Positions 28,214 through 36,750 of a stretch of DNA of 64,000 nt are shown here, in pieces. Within the stretch, counting starts at the first letter, position 1. Each line of letters starts with the position of its first letter. The DNA is from Candidatus Latescibacterota bacterium (lineage in GTDB: Bacteria > Latescibacterota > UBA2968 > GCA-2709665), in the NCBI GenBank assembly GCA_963667175.2, contig CAXXXF010000002.1, positions 96,001-160,000 of the forward strand. The letters are read 5' to 3'. Position numbers and translations under genes: made by a program. The notes under the pieces were generated by a model. The model was not told the DNA's origin. It worked only from the letters and a program-made list of their open reading frames with translations, and searched no databases.

Positions 28214-28819
28214 ATGAAGATACAGGGAAGACGCCTTATCGAGCTACTCCAGGCTAAGTATCGGGAAGACCCAGAGGGTTTTCGCGAATTCCTGCCGGGA
28301 GTCGTAGGTCTTCTTCCGGAACAACCGCCAGAAGGTGGTAGCCGAAGGTCGGTATACGGTCTGACGGAACAGGAAATCGCATTTCACCATGCGGAATTGG
28401 CAGAAGTGCTCGGCAAACTGGAAAAGGGTTCGGTAACACCTGAGGAAGCGGCCAGGGGCCTTCAACGTTGTGCCGCCCTGATCCTGGACGATAGCCTGCC
28501 TGAAGAAGCAGGATATGAAGAACTGAAGAGCCTGATCAGGGTGGTTCTGGGAAAGTCCTCCGGATCGTACAGGGCGAAGACCACCGTACCGGTTATTGAG
28601 GGCAACTACGAAGTTCATGAACGTGTTTCGGCAATTCGAGGCGTGTATCTCGATCTCGACAGTAGCAGGCGCCTCGTATCCGTTAGTATCAATCCCCGGA
28701 AGGTGCGGGAGAGGCGAGAATTGATGAAGTTCGTCGGTGCAAGTACAGACCCTCAGCCGGATGTCTCCTTCAGGCACGACGACTACCTCGCATCGGGGGA
28801 CCCCCATGACACTCGCTGA
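28214..28819 (+). CDS. Hypothetical protein with an antitoxin-like C-terminus
   Basis: Ends FVG......DVS.RHDDYL, a tail typical of antitoxins upstream of PIN genes. Confidence 0.55.
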   Translation: MKIQGRRLIELLQAKYREDPEGFREFLPGVVGLLPEQPPEGGSRRSVYGLTEQEIAFHHAELAEVLGKLEKGSVTPEEAARGLQRCAALILDDSLPEEAGYEELKSLIRVVLGKSSGSYRAKTTVPVIEGNYEVHERVSAIRGVYLDLDSSRRLVSVSINPRKVRERRELMKFVGASTDPQPDVSFRHDDYLASGDPHDTR

Positions 28820-28993
28820 CCGCATATTCCGATGAATCAATGGCAGCCTGATATTCGGCTGCCGTTTCTCGTAGAAAAGCAGCAAAAGGCAGCGATCAGC
28901 CAAAGGCGGGGAGAGGGGAGACGTGAGATGACAGCCCGCGCCCATAGGATAACGAAATGGCCTGGCGAAATTTGCCGGCGATATGCGCGCAGA

Positions 28994-29100
28994 CCTCTCC
29001 CCCCGGCCCCCTCTCCCGGAGGGAGAGAGGGAGGAAACCAGACGACGATCAACCGATGACAGTTCCCCCCTTCCCCCCGGGAAGGGGGATAGGGGGTAGG
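28994..29100. repeat. Inverted pair of C-rich/G-rich REP-like hairpins
   Basis: CCTCTCCCCCGGCCCCCTCTCCC..GGGAGAGAGGGAG (28994-29033) and an inverted relative at 29063-29100. Confidence 0.6.
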
Positions 29101-29220
29101 TCGGCGGCGGGGGGTTATTGCCCCGTGCGGTTTCATTCCTTGCCGGTGGCATAAAGGAAATTACATTCGGGCAAGGACGTCATCTACCGTCTCCCGTCTT
29201 ACCGAAGAACGAGGTATTCT

Positions 29221-30435
29221 ATGCCCAAACAGAAACCGGTTCGGATCGGCATCGTGGGACTGGGGCCGCGAGGGAGGCTGTCGTGGATGAAGAACCTGCT
29301 GCGGATCGGGACCTGCCGCGTGACGGCATTGTGCGACCGGGTCGATGCCCTGGTGGCGCAGGCGTACCGGGAGGCCGGTGATCCGGACGTCGCGTGCTTC
29401 ACCGACTATGGAGAGATGCTTGAGAAGGCGGATATCGACGCGGTGGCGATCGTGACCGCGCCGCATGATCAGCCGGACCTGATCTGCCAGGCCATGGAAG
29501 CGGGGAAGCACGCGGCCTGCGAGGTGTCGCTGACGTATGACATGGACGACTTATGGCGGGTCGTGGTGGCGGTGGAGCGGAGCGGCCTGAAGTTCCAGAT
29601 GGCGGAACAGGTGATGTACCACCCGTTTGTGAAAGCATGGCGCCGCCTGGTCCGGGAGGGCGAACTCGGCCATGTCATCTTCGCCCAGGGGCAGTATCTT
29701 CACGGGATGACGCCGGACCGGTTCTGGGTCGATTCCGAAACCGGCGAACGCATCGATCTGGATGCCGCCGCGGATCATCCGAGGGCCGCGAAGAGCAGAA
29801 TGTGGAACTGGTTTCCCCACCCGATCCTGTACATGGCCACCGACCTGGGCCCCATCCTGACGGTTCTGGATGACCGGGTGACGCGGGTGACGTGCATGGG
29901 GACGCGGCCCAAGAGCTACTATTACGAAGGGATTCCCGCTTCGGATATCGAGGTCGCGTTGATGCACACCGAAAAGGATACGATCGTCCGGATGGCGGTC
30001 GGGTTTACGTACGCGACGCCCCGGGACCACCACTGGTGGCACCTGGAAGGGACGAAGGGAAAGGTGGAGACCGCCCGTTCCGCGGAGATATACGGCGGCC
30101 CTCAAGGAGTGGACACGCCGAAGATCTGGCTGGAGAGTTCCGGAGAGGAATCCATGCGGGAGGCCGAGTGGAAGTTTTCCCCGGACGACCTTCCCGAGGC
30201 GGCCCGGGGCAGCGGGCACGGGAATATGGACCATTTCGCGCTATCTTCTTTCCTGGACGCCATTCTGGACGATTCGGACCCGCCGCTGAACGTCTACCGG
30301 TCGGCGGAACTGACGGCGCCGGCGATCGTGGCCGTTCAGTCCGTGGAACAGGGGAACGCGTGCCTGGACGTCCCGGATTTCAGGCCGTCGGAAACGCGAA
30401 AAGCCGGCGAGTTCCCCTTTTACCCCGACTCGTAA
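29221..30435 (+). CDS. Gfo/Idh/MocA family oxidoreductase (GH109-like subgroup), paralogue of 60720-61910
   Basis: IGIVGLGPRG; AGKH..CEV; GQYLH; GSGHG..D. Confidence 0.88.
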   Translation: MPKQKPVRIGIVGLGPRGRLSWMKNLLRIGTCRVTALCDRVDALVAQAYREAGDPDVACFTDYGEMLEKADIDAVAIVTAPHDQPDLICQAMEAGKHAACEVSLTYDMDDLWRVVVAVERSGLKFQMAEQVMYHPFVKAWRRLVREGELGHVIFAQGQYLHGMTPDRFWVDSETGERIDLDAAADHPRAAKSRMWNWFPHPILYMATDLGPILTVLDDRVTRVTCMGTRPKSYYYEGIPASDIEVALMHTEKDTIVRMAVGFTYATPRDHHWWHLEGTKGKVETARSAEIYGGPQGVDTPKIWLESSGEESMREAEWKFSPDDLPEAARGSGHGNMDHFALSSFLDAILDDSDPPLNVYRSAELTAPAIVAVQSVEQGNACLDVPDFRPSETRKAGEFPFYPDS

Positions 30436-30451
30436 AAGAAAACCGTTGAAT

Positions 30452-30733
30452 TGGCCACAAAATGCACAAAAGGCACAGAAGGTGAAGAACCTGTCGCGGA
30501 AAACACGTCATATTTGCTTTATTCTCCCGGGAGGGGTAGCCAACACTATGTCAACTCCTGGTAAAAAACGGCACTTGCAGGACCGATGCCACTCAGACCG
30601 AATATTGGCGTCGTGCATGTCCAATCAGCAGTTCACAGGCTAAGTTGTTTCTTTTGTGTTTTTGTGCCTTTTGTGGCCATTGCCTTTACGCGTCAATCGG
30701 ATTGAAGTGACTGTAGCCACAAAAAGCACAAAA
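30452..30733. repeat. Three clusters of GCACAAAA-type nonamer repeats, the first two inverted
   Basis: TGGCCACAAAATGCACAAAAGGCACAGAA (30452); TTTTGTGTTTTTGTGCCTTTTGTGGCCA (30652); TAGCCACAAAAAGCACAAAA (30714). Confidence 0.75.
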
Positions 30734-30810
30734 TGTCGATCGAATTCGGTGAGACGGTAGACGTAAGACGGTAGCGGGCCAAACTCAAAAAACCGGCAGG
30801 AGGTATTGCA

Positions 30811-31746
30811 ATGGCATCGGGTTTTCTGGATCGTCTGAAGGACGGACCGGTACTTGGCGACGGCGGGTACTATCTGGAGCTCGAACGGCGTTGCCTGGGC
30901 AGTTTCGAAAAAGGGGTGCCCTGGGCCGTACTGGACCACCCGGAGGGTCTGCTCCAATTGCACAGGGAGTTTGCGCTGGCGGGCGCCGAGGTGCTGCAGG
31001 CCATGACCTGGGGCGTGGGCAGGATGGACCGGGATGAAGAACTGCACCGCACCGCGGTCGGGCTTGCGAGGGAGGCCGCCGGACCGGAGCGTCTCGTGGC
31101 GGGTACGCTCAGCCCGGCCGGCGTCGGACCGTACCAGCGGCGGTCGCCCATTTCCGCGAACGAAAGGCGCGAGGCGCAGGCATTCTTCGAACGGCGGGTG
31201 GGCCAGCAGGTCGACGCGGGCGTCGACCTGCTCATCGTGGAGACGTTTTATTCGGTGGAGGAGGCGTCGCTGGGCATGCCATACATCAAGAGCGCCGGGG
31301 TGCCCGTCGTGGTGACGCTGGAGTACAAATCGGGGGAGTATACGTCGGACCGGTACCTGCCGGACGAGGCCGCAAAACGGCTCGTGGACCATGGCGCCGA
31401 CGTGGTGGGCGTGAATTGCGGCCGTCCGTGGTATATGTACAGGGATATCCTGCGGAAGATGATGGGCGCCGTGTCCGTTCCCATCTGCGCCCAACCCCTG
31501 GCGTACGTGTTGGAGAACGGTGCGGAGTACACCCGGGAGATCGCCTCGGGCTCCAGCGTCCATTTCGAGCTCCGCCACCAGCCCCGGCGTGAGATGGCCG
31601 ACTACGCCAGGGACGCGTGGGATATGGGGGTCGATTTCATCGGCGCCTGCTGCGGAGCGTTGCCTTACCATATCCGGGCGATGGCCGAGGCGATCGGGAA
31701 GCCGACGGCGATGCCGGATCGACCGGGTCCCTATCAGTTAAGGTAG
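30811..31746 (+). CDS. Homocysteine S-methyltransferase family protein (BHMT-like)
   Basis: LGDGGY..ELE.R; HREF..AGA; GVNCG; IGACCG Zn ligands. Confidence 0.9.
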   Translation: MASGFLDRLKDGPVLGDGGYYLELERRCLGSFEKGVPWAVLDHPEGLLQLHREFALAGAEVLQAMTWGVGRMDRDEELHRTAVGLAREAAGPERLVAGTLSPAGVGPYQRRSPISANERREAQAFFERRVGQQVDAGVDLLIVETFYSVEEASLGMPYIKSAGVPVVVTLEYKSGEYTSDRYLPDEAAKRLVDHGADVVGVNCGRPWYMYRDILRKMMGAVSVPICAQPLAYVLENGAEYTREIASGSSVHFELRHQPRREMADYARDAWDMGVDFIGACCGALPYHIRAMAEAIGKPTAMPDRPGPYQLR

Positions 31747-31777
31747 CGGTGCGACCTGAGACAAGGAGGTTTGCCCT

Positions 31778-32683
31778 ATGTCACGGAATCTCATGGAAAT
31801 GTTGGACGAGGGGATCGTTCTGGGAGACGGGGGGATGTTCCTGGAGGCGAACTGGAGAGGTTACGATGTGCCCGGCATCATCGGCTCCCACCCGGATGTG
31901 CTTCAGCAGATCCACCGGGACTTCTACAGATCGGGTGCCGAGGTGCTCCAGGCGCTGACGTGGTTTACCTCCGGCGCTCAGCTGGAGGAGAAATACGGAT
32001 GGGGAGACCGCGTGGACGAGATCAACAGGACCGGGATTCGGGCAGCCAAGGAGGGATCGGACTGGGAGACGCCGGTAGGCGGCTGTCTCGTATCCACGAT
32101 GACCGGTTCCCGTCTGGGAGACCAGGTTTACAATCCGGAGGATCCTTCGTCGGGCGCACGCGCGCAGGCCGAATGGGAAGAACAGATCGCAATTCTCGTC
32201 GACGCTGGCGCCGACTTCCTGATCCCGGAGACGTTCTCCCGTCTGGACGAGATGCGGCTGTGCGTGGAAAGCTGTAAGAAAACCGGCCTGCCGACGATGG
32301 CGCTCGTGGGCATCGGCAGCCACAAACAGACAAAGGACGGCGCCACCGCGGCGGAGTGCGCCCGCGCCCTCGTGGACGACGGCGCGGACATCGTGGGAAC
32401 CGTCTGTATCGGGGACCCGGACCAGATGCTGCCGACGACGCTCGAGATGCGGGAAGCGGTGGATGTACCGATCGCCTGCCAGCCGAAAGCATTCAGACAG
32501 ACGGTCGATACGGAAAACGTGGGCTATGCCGTCCGCCGGCATAGCAATGGCGTCACCCCCGACGATATGGCGGCGTTCGCGCTGAAGGCCAGGGCGGAAG
32601 GGATCAACTTCGTGGGTTGTTGTTGCGGCGCCGGTCCGTCCCATATCCGCGCGATGGCCGAAGCGCTGGGGAAGCCGGTGTGA
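31778..32683 (+). CDS. Homocysteine S-methyltransferase family protein (second paralogue)
   Basis: LGDGGM; HRDF..SGA; GTVC; VGCCCGAGP.HIRAMAEA. Confidence 0.9.
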   Translation: MSRNLMEMLDEGIVLGDGGMFLEANWRGYDVPGIIGSHPDVLQQIHRDFYRSGAEVLQALTWFTSGAQLEEKYGWGDRVDEINRTGIRAAKEGSDWETPVGGCLVSTMTGSRLGDQVYNPEDPSSGARAQAEWEEQIAILVDAGADFLIPETFSRLDEMRLCVESCKKTGLPTMALVGIGSHKQTKDGATAAECARALVDDGADIVGTVCIGDPDQMLPTTLEMREAVDVPIACQPKAFRQTVDTENVGYAVRRHSNGVTPDDMAAFALKARAEGINFVGCCCGAGPSHIRAMAEALGKPV

Positions 32684-32708
32684 ACCGGGTAAATCTCGGA
32701 AGGACATC

Positions 32709-33836
32709 ATGAGCCAGAGGTGTCCCGGCGAATTCCGCGTCATCTCCTATGACGTCCCGGACTTCAGCGGGGATCATGCCTGCCACGAACCCGGTGATCC
32801 GCATGCTCCCAGAATTGCGCGCCTCAGGGACGACTACGGCCTGGAAGAGCTCGTAGTGGGCTGCGAGACGGAATTCGAGGGATTCCTGGCATTGAAGCGA
32901 TGGGTCCGCGAACAGTGGGACCACGGGCTCTGGTACAACCGGCCTGAAGTCGACGATGGACTCGGGATTCTGGAGGCCGTGAGCAGGGGGGAACGCTTCT
33001 TCTGCGGTTCCTACGCCCGGGTCTTCGTGGATTCGGCGACCGCGCTGGGCTGGCCCGCGCGGATCGTGGCGGTCTCCACTCAGGATTGCGAGGCGCCGCG
33101 GGACTACACGACGTGGAACGTGGGGCACGCGGTTGCGGAGGTCTGGTCCAACGAACACCGGAAGTGGGTTGTGATGGACCCGGACGTCAACGTCCACTAC
33201 GAGCGGGACGGGTCGCCGCTGAACGCGCTGGAGATCCGCGATGCGTGGCTGGACGGGGCCGCGGATGAGGTTGAAATGGTGCAGGATCAGCCGGAATTCG
33301 TCATTCCGGACGCCAGGCACGTCCGGCTCGCGCTCCGGGACCCCACCTGCCGGAAAGATTATGACGCGGAGGTCAACGCCGGTTTGTTCGCGAGGTTTCT
33401 GCGAAACCGGGTGATGGATTATTATGCCCGGGTCCGGATACTGACGGATCGCCGGACCTGGGAATGGGTGGACCGCAGGTGCCTGCCCACGTTCGTGAGC
33501 CATTTCAGACCGCTGGGCCGCATGCAATGGACCTCCAATCTCCCGGATGTGTACTGGACGGTGAATCTGGTGCGCATCTCCACGCAGCCTTCCTGGGACG
33601 AGGGCGGCGCCAGGCTGGAGGTAACGCTCTCCCACTGCATGCCGTTCTTCGACCACTACGAATACCGCTTCGACGACGGCGCCTGGAAGCCGTGTGGCGA
33701 GCGCTTCGACTGGCCGATGCGGGAGGGGGTCCAGTCGCTGGCCTGCCGGGGCGTGAATTCGATGAAACGCCCAGGGCCTCCCAGCCGCGTCGCGGTGGCG
33801 TACGCCCGGCCGCCGAAGGGGACCGGGTATACCTGA
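32709..33836 (+). CDS. Transglutaminase-like domain protein
   Basis: Cys-His-Asp triad pattern: FFC.SYA.VF; GHAVAEVWS; KWVVMDP. Confidence 0.75.
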   Translation: MSQRCPGEFRVISYDVPDFSGDHACHEPGDPHAPRIARLRDDYGLEELVVGCETEFEGFLALKRWVREQWDHGLWYNRPEVDDGLGILEAVSRGERFFCGSYARVFVDSATALGWPARIVAVSTQDCEAPRDYTTWNVGHAVAEVWSNEHRKWVVMDPDVNVHYERDGSPLNALEIRDAWLDGAADEVEMVQDQPEFVIPDARHVRLALRDPTCRKDYDAEVNAGLFARFLRNRVMDYYARVRILTDRRTWEWVDRRCLPTFVSHFRPLGRMQWTSNLPDVYWTVNLVRISTQPSWDEGGARLEVTLSHCMPFFDHYEYRFDDGAWKPCGERFDWPMREGVQSLACRGVNSMKRPGPPSRVAVAYARPPKGTGYT

Positions 33837-33891
33837 TAACATGTAATGACGCGCGGGCATGGCGTTTATGCGCCTCCGCGGGGGAAACGGA

Positions 33892-35022
33892 ATGATATCA
33901 ATCGCGGCTGATTTCGAATGCGGGAACGCGAAGCAGATCCGCCAGATCGCAATCGACCGGTATCGGTTGGAGGTGGTCGGGGACAAGGCCACCTACTGTT
34001 ACTACTTCTGCTTTGACGTCCGGAATGACGGCCCCGCATCGGCTGTGACCGTTGAAGTGTGGCCTGACTCGCGCTTCGGCCCGGAGGGATTCGTCGCTGC
34101 TCTGCCGACCACGGTGTGGGTTGCGTCTGGCGGCGGCGACCGTTTCAAGCCGCTCGACCGCGAACGGGTCCGGAATTCGGAAGAGCCCCTGCTGATTCGT
34201 CTGAATCTGAAGGCGAACGAGACGATTCGGGTCGCGAACGCATGGCCCGCGCCGTACAGCGATTCAATGGACACTCTCAGGAGGCTGGCGGAGGAACGCG
34301 GCGACCGGTGCGAGGCGTTCACGATCGGCAAATCGGTTCAGGGTCGCGACGTCCACGGTATCCGGGCCGGCGCGTCCGGCAAACCCCGGATTCTGTGCGT
34401 GGCCGGCCAGCACGCGGTCGAATTCTCGGGGACGTGGGGAATGCTGGGCATTGCGGATTTCATCACGTCCCTCGTGCCGGACGCCGTCGCCCTCCGGGAG
34501 CAGCTTCAGGTGGACGTCCTGCCCGTGGTCAACCCCGATGGAAACGTCATGGGCAGGAACGCGTTCAACGCCGAGGGACTGGACATGTACCGGTCCTTCG
34601 GCGAGGACCCGGAAGCGGCCGCGCCCGAAGCCCGCGAGAGTCGCCTGCTGTGGGACAGGCTTCTCGCGGACCGGCCGGCGCTGTGGATGAATATCCACGC
34701 CTTTGTGGGCTGGCGGGAGAACGGAGAATACCCTTACGACGGATGGTACGAGGTGGTCGATCCGGTCTTTGAGAATCCCGATCGCGCCCGGCTGTACCAG
34801 GCCCTTTGCGATACGATGCGGTTGGAGACCGACGGCATGTCCACCCACGGCAGGGCCAACGTGCATCGCGAGAATACGATGTGCTATCAGATGGCCCGAA
34901 GGCTGGGCATTCCCAGCGTATTCTACGAGACGAACGTCGCCACGGCGGGTCCGCACGGTTCCGCCAGGCGCGCGACCCACGTGTTCAAACGAGCGGTCCG
35001 TACCCTGCTGAATTACCGGTGA
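33892..35022 (+). CDS. M14 zinc carboxypeptidase-like protein (cytosolic CP type)
   Basis: DFECGN; P.PYS; IGKSVQGR; GQHAVE (HxxE); P.VNPDG; NIH. Confidence 0.82.
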   Translation: MISIAADFECGNAKQIRQIAIDRYRLEVVGDKATYCYYFCFDVRNDGPASAVTVEVWPDSRFGPEGFVAALPTTVWVASGGGDRFKPLDRERVRNSEEPLLIRLNLKANETIRVANAWPAPYSDSMDTLRRLAEERGDRCEAFTIGKSVQGRDVHGIRAGASGKPRILCVAGQHAVEFSGTWGMLGIADFITSLVPDAVALREQLQVDVLPVVNPDGNVMGRNAFNAEGLDMYRSFGEDPEAAAPEARESRLLWDRLLADRPALWMNIHAFVGWRENGEYPYDGWYEVVDPVFENPDRARLYQALCDTMRLETDGMSTHGRANVHRENTMCYQMARRLGIPSVFYETNVATAGPHGSARRATHVFKRAVRTLLNYR

Positions 35023-35037
35023 GGCGGGAAGCGCGGA

Positions 35038-36750
35038 ATGTATCGTGCAGTTTACTGGATATTCCTCCTCGTAATCCTTCGCGGCGAAGCGCTGTTCGCG
35101 GATTCGCCCCGATTCGTCGACGTGACGGCGTCTTCAGGCATCGACTTCCGGCACGTCCACGGGGGGACGGGCAAGAAGCATTTCGTGGAAACGATGGGAT
35201 CCGGGGTCGCGTTTCTGGACTACAACAACGACGGCTGGCTGGACGTATTCGCCGTTAACGGGGGGACGTTGCCCGGCTACGCCGGCCCGTCCCCGCAGAA
35301 CCGGCTGTACCGGAACGCCGGCACGGGTGTGTTCTCCGACGTGACCCGGTTCGCCGGAGTGGGCGAAACGGCCTACGGAATGGGCGTCTGCGCCGGAGAC
35401 TTCGACAACGACGGGCACGACGACCTGTACGTGACGTGCTACGGGCCGAACAGCCTGTTCCGGAACAACGGAGACGGCACGTTCAGGGACGTCGCGGCAC
35501 AGGCCGGCGTCTCCGGGGACGCCGTCTGGAGCGTGGGATGTTCCTTTCTGGACGTCGACTCGGATGGATTGCTGGATCTCTACGTGGCCAATTACGTGGA
35601 CTACGCGATCGGCGCCCCTGAGAAAAGGCTGAGACCTTACGCCTCCCGTTCCGCAACTCCCTCCGAGAGCGAGAGGTTCTATCCCCACCCTGACAACTTC
35701 AAGGGGGCCGCGGACCGCCTGTATCGCAACAACGGAAACGGGACGTTTTCGGACGTGACCCGACGGGCCGGCGTCTTCAATCCCGGCGGCAAGGGGATGG
35801 GCATGGCATGCGCCGACGTCGACGGGGACGGCGCTCCGGATATCTTCGTGGCCAACGATATGACGCCCAATTTTCTCTACCTGAACCGGGGCGACGGGCG
35901 CTTTGTCGACAGAGGTCTTCTATCGGGCCTGGGTTACAGCGGATCGGGCGACCTGCAGTCCAGCATGGGCGCGGACTTCGGCGATTTCAACCGCGACGGC
36001 CGCCTGGACCTGGCGATTAGCAATTTCCGGCTGGAGGGCGCCGGGCTCTACCGCAACGAGGGGGCCGGGCTCTTCACGGACGTTTCTTCGATATCCGGCA
36101 TCAGGGCCCCGACGATCCCCCACGTGGGATGGGGAATCGGCTTTCTGGACTACGACAATGACGGCTGGCCCGACCTTTTGATGGCGCACGGTCACGTGCT
36201 CGACAACGCCCACCGGGTGGGGAGCGTCTACAAGCAGCCGGCAATCCTGTTCCGCAACACCGGCGACGGCCGGTTCGTCGACGTGACGCGCGACGTGGAG
36301 GACGGCCTGTCCGTACCGCAGCCCGGCCGCGGCGTCGCCTTCGGAGACTTCGACAACGACGGAGACGTGGACGTATTCGTGCTTTCGGTAAACGGCGCCG
36401 CGCGCCTCCTGAGAAACGACGTGGGCAACAGGAGCCGGTGGCTGAGGGTGAAGCTGGCGGGCGCCGCGCGGGAGCATTCCGTGGGTTCAACCGGCGCTCC
36501 GCGTCTGTCGAACCGCAACGGAATCGGCGCCCGGGTGACGGTCTGGGCCGGCGGCCGGCCGCGGGTCGGCGAAGTCCGAAGCGGATCAAGCTATCTGTCG
36601 CAGAACGATTTCCGTCTCCATTTCGGACTCGGCCGGAACGCGATGGTCGATTCCCTCAAGGTCCGTTGGCCCGGTGGCACGGTGGATCGGATCGGGAGCA
36701 CATCGGCGGACAGGGAGATCGTCGTGAGGGAAGGGGAGACAGGTCCATGA
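35038..36750 (+). CDS. CRTAC1 / ASPIC-UnbV family protein with FG-GAP repeats
   Basis: Repeated D.DNDG..D; NR.GIGARV.V; GSSYLSQND..LHFGLG. Confidence 0.92.
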   Translation: MYRAVYWIFLLVILRGEALFADSPRFVDVTASSGIDFRHVHGGTGKKHFVETMGSGVAFLDYNNDGWLDVFAVNGGTLPGYAGPSPQNRLYRNAGTGVFSDVTRFAGVGETAYGMGVCAGDFDNDGHDDLYVTCYGPNSLFRNNGDGTFRDVAAQAGVSGDAVWSVGCSFLDVDSDGLLDLYVANYVDYAIGAPEKRLRPYASRSATPSESERFYPHPDNFKGAADRLYRNNGNGTFSDVTRRAGVFNPGGKGMGMACADVDGDGAPDIFVANDMTPNFLYLNRGDGRFVDRGLLSGLGYSGSGDLQSSMGADFGDFNRDGRLDLAISNFRLEGAGLYRNEGAGLFTDVSSISGIRAPTIPHVGWGIGFLDYDNDGWPDLLMAHGHVLDNAHRVGSVYKQPAILFRNTGDGRFVDVTRDVEDGLSVPQPGRGVAFGDFDNDGDVDVFVLSVNGAARLLRNDVGNRSRWLRVKLAGAAREHSVGSTGAPRLSNRNGIGARVTVWAGGRPRVGEVRSGSSYLSQNDFRLHFGLGRNAMVDSLKVRWPGGTVDRIGSTSADREIVVREGETGP

